The position numbers were made by a program, and so were the translations under genes. This document shows, piece after piece, positions 1 to 8,612 of a stretch of 64,000 nt of DNA. The stretch's first letter is position 1, and every line of letters starts with the position of its first letter. The notes beneath the pieces are model-generated. The model was not told the DNA's origin. It ran no database searches and was given only the letters and a program-made list of their open reading frames with translations. This DNA comes from a virus (Duplodnaviria; Caudoviricetes), in the IMG/VR virus record IMGVR_UViG_3300037484_000235, positions 32,001 to 96,000 of that record, one strand, 5' to 3'.

Positions 1-106
1 TCGCATTTCCACCGACCTAATCCGAATGACTCGTCCCCAAGATCCCCATCATCTCGGGCAACGATCAGACGGGAGTCCGCAAGAATCAGGTTCTCGTAGA
101 CCTGCC

Positions 107-565
107 TCATACCCCACCTTCTGTCGCACCACCGTGCTGTGGACAAGCCACCTCTCGGACTACAAGGTGGCAGGTGCATCCTTCAAGGTAGTCACCATTC
201 TCAGGTCGGGACACGTTGCACAAGGCATCCCACGCAGCCAGTAGCCCACGCTCGATTCCAGACAGCCGATCCCCGGCCTCTTCCCAAGTCACAGAATAGA
301 CTTGGAGCTTGGCCCAAAGACCCGGCGCGTACTCCCCCGTGATGTCAAATTCCACAGTCGTGTAATCTACATCCACAGTCGGAATCCGAGTCTCACTCAC
401 GGTCGCGTGGACGGAAAGTTTGTTGTTCAGTATGCAAACAGGGTTCCCGCACTCATCACGAGATTCACCCTCATCTGCACGGCGGACTCTCTTCCAGAAG
501 GTACGCTCATGTTCATTCTTCCAGCCCCTGTTCGCAAACATGGCCTCAATCTCTTCGTACTTCAT
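107..565 (-). CDS. hypothetical protein
   Basis: 152 aa ORF, ATGA-coupled to upstream ORF; no recognised domain. Confidence 0.6.
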   Translation of the reverse strand: MKYEEIEAMFANRGWKNEHERTFWKRVRRADEGESRDECGNPVCILNNKLSVHATVSETRIPTVDVDYTTVEFDITGEYAPGLWAKLQVYSVTWEEAGDRLSGIERGLLAAWDALCNVSRPENGDYLEGCTCHLVVREVACPQHGGATEGGV

Positions 566-867
566 TTCGACACCTCACTCGGTGGGATAACGGAGAGGGT
601 GCTTTGGTGAAGCATCACCACCTCTTCGACGGAGCACTTCTCACACCGGACTGTCCGAAGGCCAGGACAGGCCAGGTCTGGCTGAACCCAGAATCTAACG
701 TCCTGCGGGGGGCTCGTAGGGGAAGCCGCTCTCACATGACGAACGGTCCCGTCAAACACAAAACGAGTCCCCCCGAATTTCAGTTGTGCACCCGAGAGGG
801 CACTTAGGGGGTCGTTAATCTGAATGACGGTTACCCGGACTCGGGTGCCTTTGGTCACGTAGGTCAT
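562..867 (-). CDS. hypothetical protein
   Basis: start moved to MTYVTKG, overlapping stop of 864-1124. Confidence 0.55.
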   Translation of the reverse strand: MTYVTKGTRVRVTVIQINDPLSALSGAQLKFGGTRFVFDGTVRHVRAASPTSPPQDVRFWVQPDLACPGLRTVRCEKCSVEEVVMLHQSTLSVIPPSEVSK

Positions 868-1124
868 GTGGTCTTTCGGTGACGGCGATAGAACTCCAGG
901 AGGGTCCACAGCCCGTCATCATGGAGAATGCCACCAAGCTGGAGCATCTCCTCTCGTGCCCTGGAGTCGCCCATACCACCGGCAAATCGGCGGGTCGCAT
1001 CGTCGTACCCCTGGACGATCACCTCCAATTCGGCGAGCTTCACTAGATGTTCAGCCTCCAGCACCTTCTCGCGTGCCAGGCGCTCTATTTCTTCTCGTGC
1101 GGCCCGTGCCTTTGTCATTGCCAT
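864..1124 (-). CDS. hypothetical protein
   Basis: first ORF after promoter 1145-1175, with RBS. Confidence 0.7.
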   Translation of the reverse strand: MAMTKARAAREEIERLAREKVLEAEHLVKLAELEVIVQGYDDATRRFAGGMGDSRAREEMLQLGGILHDDGLWTLLEFYRRHRKTT

Positions 1125-1144
1125 GGTAGATCTCCTACCTGTGT

Positions 1145-1175
1145 AACGGGGTGGGCTAGGGGGATTTACACGATT
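1145..1175 (-). promoter_or_regulatory. repeated phage promoter AATCGTGTAA-N17-CGTT
   Basis: motif read directly. Confidence 0.8.
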
Positions 1176-1278
1176 GTCGGATAGCGGTGACGGACCAATA
1201 TAGGACTATGACGGAGAACGCCAGAATCACCCCGGCAATCCAATCGAGGCCATTGTATCTATCGAACCAGTCTATCAC
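1156..1278 (-). CDS. 40-aa single-TM membrane peptide (not in ORF track)
   Basis: hand translation MIDWFDRYNGLDWIAGVILAFSVIVLYWSVTAIRQSCKSP; GTG start overlaps upstream TGA. Confidence 0.55.
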   Translation of the reverse strand: MIDWFDRYNGLDWIAGVILAFSVIVLYWSVTAIRQSCKSP

Positions 1279-1430
1279 TCGTCGTCTTCCTCATCCCCAT
1301 AGGAGCCCGGCGCACAGCACTCTTTGTCTGGTTCGCATTGGGCCTTTACGCATTCATCACAGAAATCCCCAGGTTCTCCGATTGTCGTCTCGAAACAATC
1401 TCGGCACCCACAGTGAATATATCCCGTCAT
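1275..1430 (-). CDS. 51-aa Cys-rich acidic protein (not in ORF track)
   Basis: hand translation MTGYIHCGCRDCFETTIGEPGDFCDECVKAQCEPDKECCAPGSYGDEEDDE; ATGA overlap. Confidence 0.6.
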   Translation of the reverse strand: MTGYIHCGCRDCFETTIGEPGDFCDECVKAQCEPDKECCAPGSYGDEEDDE

Positions 1431-1825
1431 CGGTAGGCACTCAGCCAGCTGGCAATCTCGGAGATGGTCTTGCCCGTCAAGTCAGCGGTGTGGTCCTCGA
1501 AGGTTGAGGTGTTTGTTGCCCCACCCTCGACCGTGCACCCGTCTGAGTCGAACACGATCTCAATGGCCCATGGCCCGTTGTCCCATTCCGCCTGGACACC
1601 TCCAGTCGGCGTTGGGAAGATGCCTGGGGCACCGATGTCCGGGTGTGCAGCGAGTAGGGCGAAGAGCACCTCACGCGAGCGACTGAGTGCGGCACCGGAA
1701 GGTGCATCTCCATAGCCATCAAGCCAGCCTGGCTTCAGGAGGTCATAGCCATCATTAAGCCAGCCTGGCTTCAGGTCTCCCAGTTCCTTGATGCGTGCCT
1801 CCAATGCTTGTAGGGTCAGGGTCAT
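1427..1825 (-). CDS. hypothetical protein
   Basis: coupled ORF, 132 aa. Confidence 0.65.
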   Translation of the reverse strand: MTLTLQALEARIKELGDLKPGWLNDGYDLLKPGWLDGYGDAPSGAALSRSREVLFALLAAHPDIGAPGIFPTPTGGVQAEWDNGPWAIEIVFDSDGCTVEGGATNTSTFEDHTADLTGKTISEIASWLSAYR

Positions 1826-2088
1826 CGGTAGATCGGCCGTGTGCTAGGTTGTACATCCTCAGGGGACACCGTTGGGGCGAATCCACGAAGACGCAGGCCA
1901 CCAGTCTTCGTGACGCTCTCGACGACGTACGCTTCGTTCGGGTGCATGTACACTGAGGCTTTTCCCATGAAGAATCCGACCCGCCTCTTCTTGGCCTTGT
2001 GCTCGTCACGGTCAATCGCTGCTTGACGCTTCACGTCGGCAAGTCGGCACTCCACTTTGTCTCCAGGACGAAAATCGGTTTGGGTCAT
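1822..2088 (-). CDS. hypothetical protein
   Basis: coupled ORF, 88 aa. Confidence 0.65.
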   Translation of the reverse strand: MTQTDFRPGDKVECRLADVKRQAAIDRDEHKAKKRRVGFFMGKASVYMHPNEAYVVESVTKTGGLRLRGFAPTVSPEDVQPSTRPIYR

Positions 2089-2294
2089 TCTGGGCTCCCA
2101 TCTTCACTGACGTACACGTCCGTCCGGACCGTTAGATCAGCACCCACAGGGAATTTTGAGGCCCTGACCCCGGCCACAACCGGAGACCTCGCGCCGAGTG
2201 ACGACACCCAATAGTGATTTCCGTCCCACATCTCACAGATGTACTGCTTGCCGAGCCACAGCCCGATCCCAGCGGCGATCATTTCATCGGTCAC
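2085..2294 (-). CDS. hypothetical protein
   Basis: coupled ORF, 69 aa. Confidence 0.6.
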   Translation of the reverse strand: MTDEMIAAGIGLWLGKQYICEMWDGNHYWVSSLGARSPVVAGVRASKFPVGADLTVRTDVYVSEDGSPE

Positions 2295-2626
2295 TTCGGC
2301 ACCAGGAACATTGGATCGGTGATCCCCCGGGTCTGCTCATTGAAGGTGCTCTGCTGGGAGTCGAACCGAGCCATGAGGGAGGTATGTACCCCACTCACCA
2401 TCATCTTCTGGTGCCAGTCCGGGGGGTAGTCGTAGCCACGCCGGAGCTTGATGGCATCGCAGGTCGCTCGGAACTGTGCGTAGTTCTCGCAGGCGGTGAG
2501 TGCCTGGAACTCCTCGGGGGTCATGTTCGTTTCACGGGGGAGCGGACCACCGAGATTCTTTGCAATCTCTGGCGCTGCAATGTACCGGAGGTCTCGGAAG
2601 TTCTGCGTATCTTGGGGGGTGTGCAT
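2291..2626 (-). CDS. hypothetical protein
   Basis: coupled ORF, 111 aa. Confidence 0.6.
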   Translation of the reverse strand: MHTPQDTQNFRDLRYIAAPEIAKNLGGPLPRETNMTPEEFQALTACENYAQFRATCDAIKLRRGYDYPPDWHQKMMVSGVHTSLMARFDSQQSTFNEQTRGITDPMFLVPK

Positions 2627-2639
2627 GGGTCTTTCCTAA

Positions 2640-2882
2640 CTACGGGCGGAGCGTGAAGGCGTTGACAGAGAAGATCTTGGTGGGCTTCTTCACAGCCCAG
2701 ATCTCCACGCGAGAAGGGCCGCAGCACTCACAGTCAGTGACCACCTTGTGTCGGAATTCATCCCCAAGAACATTGGAGAGGTTCCAGAGATTCTCAACAC
2801 GAGCCAGTCTGGCGCTCAGCATGAAGGGGAACTCCGCCTTGCGGAAGGCTCGGAACACACGACGCTTTTCATACTTTCCCAT
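2640..2882 (-). CDS. hypothetical protein
   Basis: 80 aa ORF with RBS; CECC motif. Confidence 0.6.
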   Translation of the reverse strand: MGKYEKRRVFRAFRKAEFPFMLSARLARVENLWNLSNVLGDEFRHKVVTDCECCGPSRVEIWAVKKPTKIFSVNAFTLRP

Positions 2883-2891
2883 TGGTTCCTC

Positions 2892-3242
2892 CTAGATGTC
2901 CCGACTGAGCGTGTGACGGTTTTCTTCTTCGTCGAGGGCTCGATCGACGCTGGCGTACATGAGTTCCTGAGACGAGTAGGCTTCTGAGCCGTAGCGGGGG
3001 GCCGTTTCCGCCCAGTGGCCTGAGTTCCTCGGATCCGTGCCCGCAGCCTTGATGTTGGAGAACAGGCGGGCCATGCGTGGAGGCAAGGCGTAGCCCTTGC
3101 GCACCTCCCGGTAGAAGTGGTTCCACCGGCGGCCATCCGGGCTCTCGGCAACGATGTAGTGGAGAAGGGAGAATTCGTCCTCACCAAATTCAGTCAGGCC
3201 GACCTTGACCAAGTCGTTGCGGGCGAAGTACACGAACTTCAT
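2892..3242 (-). CDS. hypothetical protein
   Basis: 116 aa ORF in operon. Confidence 0.65.
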   Translation of the reverse strand: MKFVYFARNDLVKVGLTEFGEDEFSLLHYIVAESPDGRRWNHFYREVRKGYALPPRMARLFSNIKAAGTDPRNSGHWAETAPRYGSEAYSSQELMYASVDRALDEEENRHTLSRDI

Positions 3243-3418
3243 GACGTGATCTCCTCGGGGGTGCGGTCGATGATCTTGGCAGCCATGTAGGCGAGCCAGA
3301 TCGCTTCGGGGGTGGCAGACGTGGAGAAGTGCTCCGCAATCTCTGGGCCCGTAAGACCCTGGCAGACCGCCGCGCGTACGCGGTTGATGAGCTTCTCTGT
3401 GTCGTTCGTGGTGTCCAT
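3239..3418 (-). CDS. 59-aa hypothetical protein (not in ORF track)
   Basis: MDTTNDTEKL... directly after promoter and AGGTGAG RBS; ATGA overlap downstream. Confidence 0.7.
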   Translation of the reverse strand: MDTTNDTEKLINRVRAAVCQGLTGPEIAEHFSTSATPEAIWLAYMAAKIIDRTPEEITS

Positions 3419-3429
3419 CTCACCTATGT

Positions 3430-3459
3430 GACGGGTGGGTAGAGGAACATTACACGATT
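3430..3459 (-). promoter_or_regulatory. repeated promoter AATCGTGTAA-N16-CGTC
   Basis: motif read directly. Confidence 0.8.
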
Positions 3460-3472
3460 GCCAAACCGATTT

Positions 3473-3814
3473 CTATGTGCGCCCGCCGTCGTCCGACCAC
3501 TGGCCCAGCTCCCGGAGACTGAGCTTGGCTTCGTCGTGGTGCCAACAAAACACGCAAGAAGGCCGACCGTTGCCTGTAGGCACACCTCTCGTGCAGAAGC
3601 CAGCAGGATCCACACGATGCATGGTCCCGTCCGCAATTATCGCAGGCGGGTAACTTGTGCCCAGATCGAAGAACAAGGGCATCTCGAAGGTTATCTTGAA
3701 GGGTGATGGTCGTGCTCGGCTTTTAAGGGTCACCAAACTCAGGTCCCGACGATCTTCCCTGGGCCAAGTCCAAACGAAGTCGGACACCAATTTCCCGTCA
3801 GGGTAGTCCGTCAT
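3473..3814 (-). CDS. hypothetical protein
   Basis: 113 aa ORF. Confidence 0.6.
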   Translation of the reverse strand: MTDYPDGKLVSDFVWTWPREDRRDLSLVTLKSRARPSPFKITFEMPLFFDLGTSYPPAIIADGTMHRVDPAGFCTRGVPTGNGRPSCVFCWHHDEAKLSLRELGQWSDDGGRT

Positions 3815-3816
3815 GA

Positions 3817-4296
3817 TCAGTACTGGTAGCGACTTCGGTTCTGCGGGGGTTCGATGCCCTCCGCACGAAGACGATCCAAGTTCTCCGGTGTGTTGCAGAT
3901 CTTCTCGAACACCTCGAACACGCCGCCACTCTTGCCGTCCGCCGAACAGCTGAGTCCCTGGTCATCCCGATTCTTGTTGGGGGCGTTCCCTGGGTACTGA
4001 TTGGCTGCTATGAGGATGAGCAGGCGAGGCTCGACAGGAACCCCCGGGAAGAGTGGGGTGGTCGGTTCGTAGACGCCGAGAGAGAATGTGAACCCATACC
4101 CGTGACTGAAGATGGTCGCAGGGCACCCCAACTGAATTGCTTCCCGTACGGTCTTCCACTCCTCTTCCGTAAGTGGGCGTGTTTCCGTGTAGATGCCATG
4201 AGGGCGATGATGAGGGCGCCCACTAAAGTAGTCCACTGTGGGGGTGCTGGTGTGGATGTCCTTCCACAGGGCGAGCAAGGTCTCAGCTGTGTTCAT
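3817..4296 (-). CDS. hypothetical protein
   Basis: start moved to MNTAETLL (ATGA overlap). Confidence 0.6.
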   Translation of the reverse strand: MNTAETLLALWKDIHTSTPTVDYFSGRPHHRPHGIYTETRPLTEEEWKTVREAIQLGCPATIFSHGYGFTFSLGVYEPTTPLFPGVPVEPRLLILIAANQYPGNAPNKNRDDQGLSCSADGKSGGVFEVFEKICNTPENLDRLRAEGIEPPQNRSRYQY

Positions 4297-4655
4297 GGGT
4301 CTAGATCCTTGAGTTTCTGAGCCAGTTCCCGATAGCGCTCTACCCCCATCACACCCATCGGACTCAAAGGTTCCTTTCCAGAGTCCGAGTTCTTGGGGGT
4401 ATCCCCCGAGACATAAGGAAACTCCAATTGCCCCCACCGTGGGTCGGACTCGGGTAGCAACACTACGAATGCCCGGAACCCCTCCCCATCCGCCGCAGTC
4501 GACTCGAAGGCACAGTTGGGAGCTACGCCTTGGAGTAGCACATCGCAGGCGTCTCTCAGACGCGTGAGCGCCACAGAGTCGCCTATGATGTACACCTCCT
4601 CATGTTCTCGGAAAGGAGCGTAGACGTGCAGCGAATTAGGGAAGGTTCGGTCCAC
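4293..4655 (-). CDS. hypothetical protein
   Basis: 120 aa coupled ORF. Confidence 0.6.
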   Translation of the reverse strand: MDRTFPNSLHVYAPFREHEEVYIIGDSVALTRLRDACDVLLQGVAPNCAFESTAADGEGFRAFVVLLPESDPRWGQLEFPYVSGDTPKNSDSGKEPLSPMGVMGVERYRELAQKLKDLDP

Positions 4656-4660
4656 GGATT

Positions 4661-5341
4661 CTACCTTGTTGCAACCGCCCGCTCTTCGGAGGCGAGAGGC
4701 CGACGACGGAACGAGTGGTTGATTGAGTGCACATTCGCGATGCGCAGGAATCCGGGCTCATCATGCTTGAGCATGAGTGCCTGACTCAGCATCGTGTCCG
4801 CATCCGGAACCCCGTCTCGGGGGTGCGCACAGAGGGACCTGACGACCTTTCCGTTTTCGTCAAGGACATCCACGTTCGCGCTCCGCCCACGGTTGATCCG
4901 GTACTTCTTGCCGGACTTCGAGCAGAGCATGAACCAGTCCTGGTTGGTGAGCTGGGCCCGTTGTTCGTCCGTCAGGTGCGCTCGAAGTAGGGCTTCTGCT
5001 CGCCCGTCGGCTGCGGCGCGTTCACTGGCCCGGAGTGCATCCTTGACTGCCCACTCCTGGCGCCGAAGCTCATCGCGTGCAATCCGTTCCGTACGCTGGG
5101 CGTCAGTCTCTGGTGCGCGGGGTGCCGCTGCTGAAACGTAGGACTGAACCCAAAGTGGCCAGATACCACTTGTGCCAGCACTTGTAACGGAGAGCGTCTG
5201 GGAATTCCAGGCGTTCCACACAAGGCTATTTGTAGTATTGGTACAAGCCGTTGTGGAGGAGTCCAACCACCCCTTCCATATAAGAAGTGGTTTGGGGCTG
5301 TACACAGCCTCCGTCGGTGCCGTTATGACCGACGTGGGCAT
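4661..5341 (-). CDS. partner of ubiquitin-like protein (WxxW/ST-rich N-term, coiled coil, C-terminal LCAHP domain)
   Basis: start MPTSV 1 nt after stop of GG-ending ORF; motifs YRIxxG.NV, LCAHP, DxMLxQxLxL..DE..FL..AN. Confidence 0.7.
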   Translation of the reverse strand: MPTSVITAPTEAVYSPKPLLIWKGWLDSSTTACTNTTNSLVWNAWNSQTLSVTSAGTSGIWPLWVQSYVSAAAPRAPETDAQRTERIARDELRRQEWAVKDALRASERAAADGRAEALLRAHLTDEQRAQLTNQDWFMLCSKSGKKYRINRGRSANVDVLDENGKVVRSLCAHPRDGVPDADTMLSQALMLKHDEPGFLRIANVHSINHSFRRRPLASEERAVATR

Positions 5342-5342
5342 T

Positions 5343-5648
5343 TCAACCACCGGCCATTGGCGGGACAAGTACGACGCGTCCGGCCTTGGGGTCGAACTCG
5401 GTCATCTGGTCCCCGTTGACCCCCTTCTCATCGGTGCGGAAGGCGAGGTATCCCTTTGCCCGAAGGTCATCGAAGCTACGACGAGCATCGTCGCATTCGA
5501 TGACCTTCGTTGGATCCCAGATCTTTTTCACGTCCCCAGAGAGCCCCATCGTCTCGAAGACGAGGTTACCCTCTCGGACGAGAGCCTGTAGCGCATCCTC
5601 GTTGAGGACTTCCTTGGTTCCATCGTGCCGCTGAATCTCGAAATTCAT
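5343..5648 (-). CDS. ubiquitin/ThiS-MoaD-like small protein ending in di-glycine
   Basis: C-terminus RVVLVPPMAGG-stop resembles the last strand and GG of beta-grasp carriers. Confidence 0.6.
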   Translation of the reverse strand: MNFEIQRHDGTKEVLNEDALQALVREGNLVFETMGLSGDVKKIWDPTKVIECDDARRSFDDLRAKGYLAFRTDEKGVNGDQMTEFDPKAGRVVLVPPMAGG

Positions 5649-5718
5649 CTGTGTATGTCTTTCTGTTGTCCCCCTAAGGGAGAACCTGTGCTGCCTTACG
5701 CTTTACCGTCAAGAAGTC

Positions 5719-6102
5719 TCACCCTTCTCCAAGAATTCTCTTCGCCATGAAGCGAAGGTGAATTGCAGAACTTTCAAATCGATCTGGACTGACCCAACGG
5801 TAGTGGATGGAACTTGCACCATGGTAGGGGCCGCGCGAGACCTTCGGTGCGTCTTCAACCCGAGCATTGTTCTTTGCAGCGTAGCTGCGCCACTGGCGCT
5901 CACAGTCCGCTAGGGACTCTTCAATCCCGATGCCCTGCCAAATGGCAACATAGAAGAGCCGTTGGATACGTGGCATCTCTGAGTCGGCCTGATCTGCCCC
6001 AGACATGGATTTGATCATGTACTCGTGCTGCTGCCCAAGTTGGCGCATCTGAACGAAGAGCTGCTCCTCTTGTGCCTCGGTGATGCCCGGACCTCGAATC
6101 AC
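5719..6102 (-). CDS. hypothetical protein
   Basis: GTG start VIRGPG overlapping upstream stop. Confidence 0.55.
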   Translation of the reverse strand: MIRGPGITEAQEEQLFVQMRQLGQQHEYMIKSMSGADQADSEMPRIQRLFYVAIWQGIGIEESLADCERQWRSYAAKNNARVEDAPKVSRGPYHGASSIHYRWVSPDRFESSAIHLRFMAKRILGEG

Positions 6103-6233
6103 GGCAGACCTCCCTTGGTTCGTTTGGTGAGCTTGTCGCTGAACGTGAGGCCAACCTTCTTGGGGGCGTGCATGCGTGTTCCGACAAAGTATCCGACCGT
6201 GAATCCAACGATGACTACGAGCGCGTACCCCAT
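6099..6233 (-). CDS. 44-aa single-TM peptide with basic tail (not in ORF track)
   Basis: MGYALVVIVGFTVGYFVGTRMHAPKKVGLTFSDKLTKRTKGGLP; coupled at both ends. Confidence 0.6.
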   Translation of the reverse strand: MGYALVVIVGFTVGYFVGTRMHAPKKVGLTFSDKLTKRTKGGLP

Positions 6234-6673
6234 CACTGTTCGTCCCCGTCCTTACGTGACAGAGCCCCCTCATGTTCGTCCTTGAGACGCCGCAACGCCC
6301 ACGCATCGATTGCGGCGAAGAGGGCGGAGCGGACACTTTCTACGTGCGCCACGTCATCCGGGGCGAATCGTGATGCCTGCGCTTGTGTACACGCACCAGC
6401 ATGGTCACGCACCGCCGCCACGATTTCTGCATCGTTTTGCGATCCTACCACCCATGAAACCCCAGAGCACAAATCCCCGTAATTCTTGTGATCTCGGGGC
6501 ATGTCGCAGGTCACCCCAGGGAAACCGGGAATCGGATCCCCACAAAGGTCGTCTCTCTCGTAAAGACGACGATGCACGTCGACCGGTTCAGCACACAAGT
6601 CGCAAGTGTCGTAATCCTTTCCACGCCAGGGCTGGAATCGATGCGGAGCATACACTCTGTTTTCATTCGTCAT
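6233..6673 (-). CDS. hypothetical protein with CxxC motif
   Basis: start MTNENRV; CDLC..H. Confidence 0.6.
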   Translation of the reverse strand: MTNENRVYAPHRFQPWRGKDYDTCDLCAEPVDVHRRLYERDDLCGDPIPGFPGVTCDMPRDHKNYGDLCSGVSWVVGSQNDAEIVAAVRDHAGACTQAQASRFAPDDVAHVESVRSALFAAIDAWALRRLKDEHEGALSRKDGDEQ

Positions 6674-6869
6674 AGTCAGGTTCCCGATGAGAGAGGAGTG
6701 CACCGCAGATAACACCAGTGAAGGCAACTAGGATAGTCGTGATAATCCACCCAGCCCCACCATCTGGGAGATCACTGAATCGTGCCGTGGGTCCTAGAAC
6801 GATGAGTGCCACTACTGCGGGAAGCGTCACCGAAGTCATGGGAATTGCAAATGACAGAAATCGTCTCAT
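6663..6869 (-). CDS. small two-TM membrane protein
   Basis: start MRRFLSF; two hydrophobic segments. Confidence 0.6.
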   Translation of the reverse strand: MRRFLSFAIPMTSVTLPAVVALIVLGPTARFSDLPDGGAGWIITTILVAFTGVICGALLSHREPDYDE

Positions 6870-7186
6870 AGGCTTACACTGCGACGCCAGGAATCCATGA
6901 AGGAAGCCAGATTGAGTATGCCCACGGGGTTGGCCGAGTGCACCAGGAACATGGGAACGGCCTGCACCCCATCCCAGTACTCGTTCGCCAGCCACTTGAG
7001 AAAGTCCATGGCCCGATCCTCACCACCGAGGTCGTGATCCAGAGACATGAGCGCGGGCATCCCCCGCTCCGAGACCAGAGCCTTGGCTGCCTCAGTCGAA
7101 CGGGCAACCGTCCAGGGTGTCACGTCCATGGGAGAGGGATCCCTCAGGTCATCCAGGTACAAACTCCAGGTCACTGAGTCTTCCAC
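6866..7186 (-). CDS. cyclic-phosphate-processing receiver (cREC/REC-like) domain protein
   Basis: motifs LYLDDxR, WxxxR, SLDHDLG, HSANPVG. Confidence 0.8.
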   Translation of the reverse strand: MEDSVTWSLYLDDLRDPSPMDVTPWTVARSTEAAKALVSERGMPALMSLDHDLGGEDRAMDFLKWLANEYWDGVQAVPMFLVHSANPVGILNLASFMDSWRRSVSL

Positions 7187-7530
7187 TCTTCTACGAACTT
7201 ACGCATGTCCCGCTCTGCTTCCCACGAACCCGTGAGGTAGCGGACGGTGTGCGGTGGGTTGTTCGGGTACATCCGCTTGGCTTCCACCAGAACGTCCATA
7301 CCGTTCTCGTGACCGACGATGTTGAAATCGAGGTACATCACCTCGGGCGGTCCATAGCACTGGAGGTAGAACACGGCCATGTCGTAGCTGGTGGCCCACA
7401 AGAGAAGCGGAATCTCTTCCTGCTTCGTTTCGATCCCGTAGGGCATTGCCCCGTTGGGACCTTCCATGTTCGAGGGGAACGAGCGCGGGGTGCACACATC
7501 ATCCAGGAAGAGCTGCCACTTGATGCGCAT
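7171..7530 (-). CDS. divergent cyclic-phosphate receiver-like paralogue
   Basis: LFLDD..P, W..S...A, GPP.VMYLDF, G.D; lacks DHDLG and HSxN histidines. Confidence 0.55.
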   Translation of the reverse strand: MRIKWQLFLDDVCTPRSFPSNMEGPNGAMPYGIETKQEEIPLLLWATSYDMAVFYLQCYGPPEVMYLDFNIVGHENGMDVLVEAKRMYPNNPPHTVRYLTGSWEAERDMRKFVEEWKTQ

Positions 7531-7553
7531 GGTGAGTGCCTTACACCTCTCGC

Positions 7554-7742
7554 TCAGCCCGGAGGAATGAACGTCTTGGTGTCCTGTCCGAAGGGACGAT
7601 GAATCAGAGCGCCGGGATAATCGTCCCGTACGTTTTCGAGGACGATGCGGGCCTCCCCGATGTCCTTGCATCCGATTCCAGCGAAGCGGCTGTCGTACAC
7701 CACGAAGTACGTGGTCTTGATCGTTTCGGTCTTGGTCGTCAT
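7554..7742 (-). CDS. hypothetical protein
   Basis: first ORF after promoter 7769-7798. Confidence 0.65.
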   Translation of the reverse strand: MTTKTETIKTTYFVVYDSRFAGIGCKDIGEARIVLENVRDDYPGALIHRPFGQDTKTFIPPG

Positions 7743-7768
7743 TGGGTTCCTACCTTCCTCACTTAGGT

Positions 7769-7798
7769 AACGGGTGGGGGCCCACGATTTACACGATT
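7769..7798 (-). promoter_or_regulatory. repeated promoter AATCGTGTAA-N16-CGTT
   Basis: motif read directly. Confidence 0.85.
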
Positions 7799-7827
7799 CG
7801 TTTTCTTCCTATGGGCGTAAGGTGAGT

Positions 7828-7890
7828 GTCTCCCTCCTACGGCTGTCCACTGCCCCCCCAGTTCCGGACGGCCAAGTTGAGGAGGGGGAC
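7828..7890. terminator. long intergenic hairpin (terminator or processing site)
   Basis: GTCTCCCTCCT/AGGAGGGGGAC outer stem plus nested GGC/GCC, GTCC/GGAC, ACTG/CAGT; followed by GTTTCTCTCT on +. Confidence 0.45.
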
Positions 7891-7898
7891 GTTTCTCT

Positions 7899-8576
7899 CT
7901 ATGGGGGCCCAAGCCTGGTAGCAAGAGATGGTGCGTAGGGCTTTGCCGTACGCACCAGGTAGCCAGGTGCCCACGGATCAAGATCACAGGCAAGTCTGTA
8001 GACATCCGTCTCGGCGCAACCCTCGAACTGGGTGAGCCACTTACGTGCATTCTCCGGGGTGTACCTGGTATCCCCCCTTGAAATCGACTCTTCTATGAAT
8101 TCCCGAATCACGATGAGAGCAAGATCTCGCGGTAAAATGTACTCACATCGGGTTTCGTCATAGGATTCCCGTACATGGGTCACTGCGGGTCGACCATCCT
8201 GGAGGATGTATAATGTGACCTTCGTAGAGACCCCCGTCTCTTTGTTCCTCGGTAGGATTTCCTTGGTAGCACCTTCAAGAACATCTCGCATCGGATGTTC
8301 AGTAGATATGCAATCGTGACCCACGAGGTGTTTCGCCTCCCGCACATCGGAATCTTCCTTGGGTTCCCGAACACGTGCCTTGTGACCCATAGGGCACGGT
8401 CTTAGATTGGTGCATCTTTCGCCTGTGGAAAGTAGGACGTTGCATACAATGGTGCACCTCTCACACTCGACGCCCCAGTCTCCCTTCTTACCGACGAGCC
8501 TGCCGCCATTCGCAGCAACATATACGTCGCACCTTCGACATAGCCCCGCGTAGGAATTTGATCTTTTCTTCATCAC
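7899..8576 (-). CDS. hypothetical protein with N-terminal Zn-binding motifs
   Basis: CxxC...CxxC and C...CxxC..H pattern. Confidence 0.65.
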   Translation of the reverse strand: MMKKRSNSYAGLCRRCDVYVAANGGRLVGKKGDWGVECERCTIVCNVLLSTGERCTNLRPCPMGHKARVREPKEDSDVREAKHLVGHDCISTEHPMRDVLEGATKEILPRNKETGVSTKVTLYILQDGRPAVTHVRESYDETRCEYILPRDLALIVIREFIEESISRGDTRYTPENARKWLTQFEGCAETDVYRLACDLDPWAPGYLVRTAKPYAPSLATRLGPP

Positions 8577-8582
8577 CCGGGT

Positions 8583-8612
8583 AACGGATGAAGGAGATCA
8601 CTTTTCACGTTT
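8583..8612 (-). promoter_or_regulatory. promoter variant AAACGTGAAA-N16-CGTT
   Basis: same spacing, GAAA instead of GTAA. Confidence 0.65.

Noticed and set aside
2340-2372. T-loop-like GGTTCGACTCC on the minus strand
   Set aside because: It lies inside CDS 2291-2626, has a weak stem, and has no acceptor or CCA.
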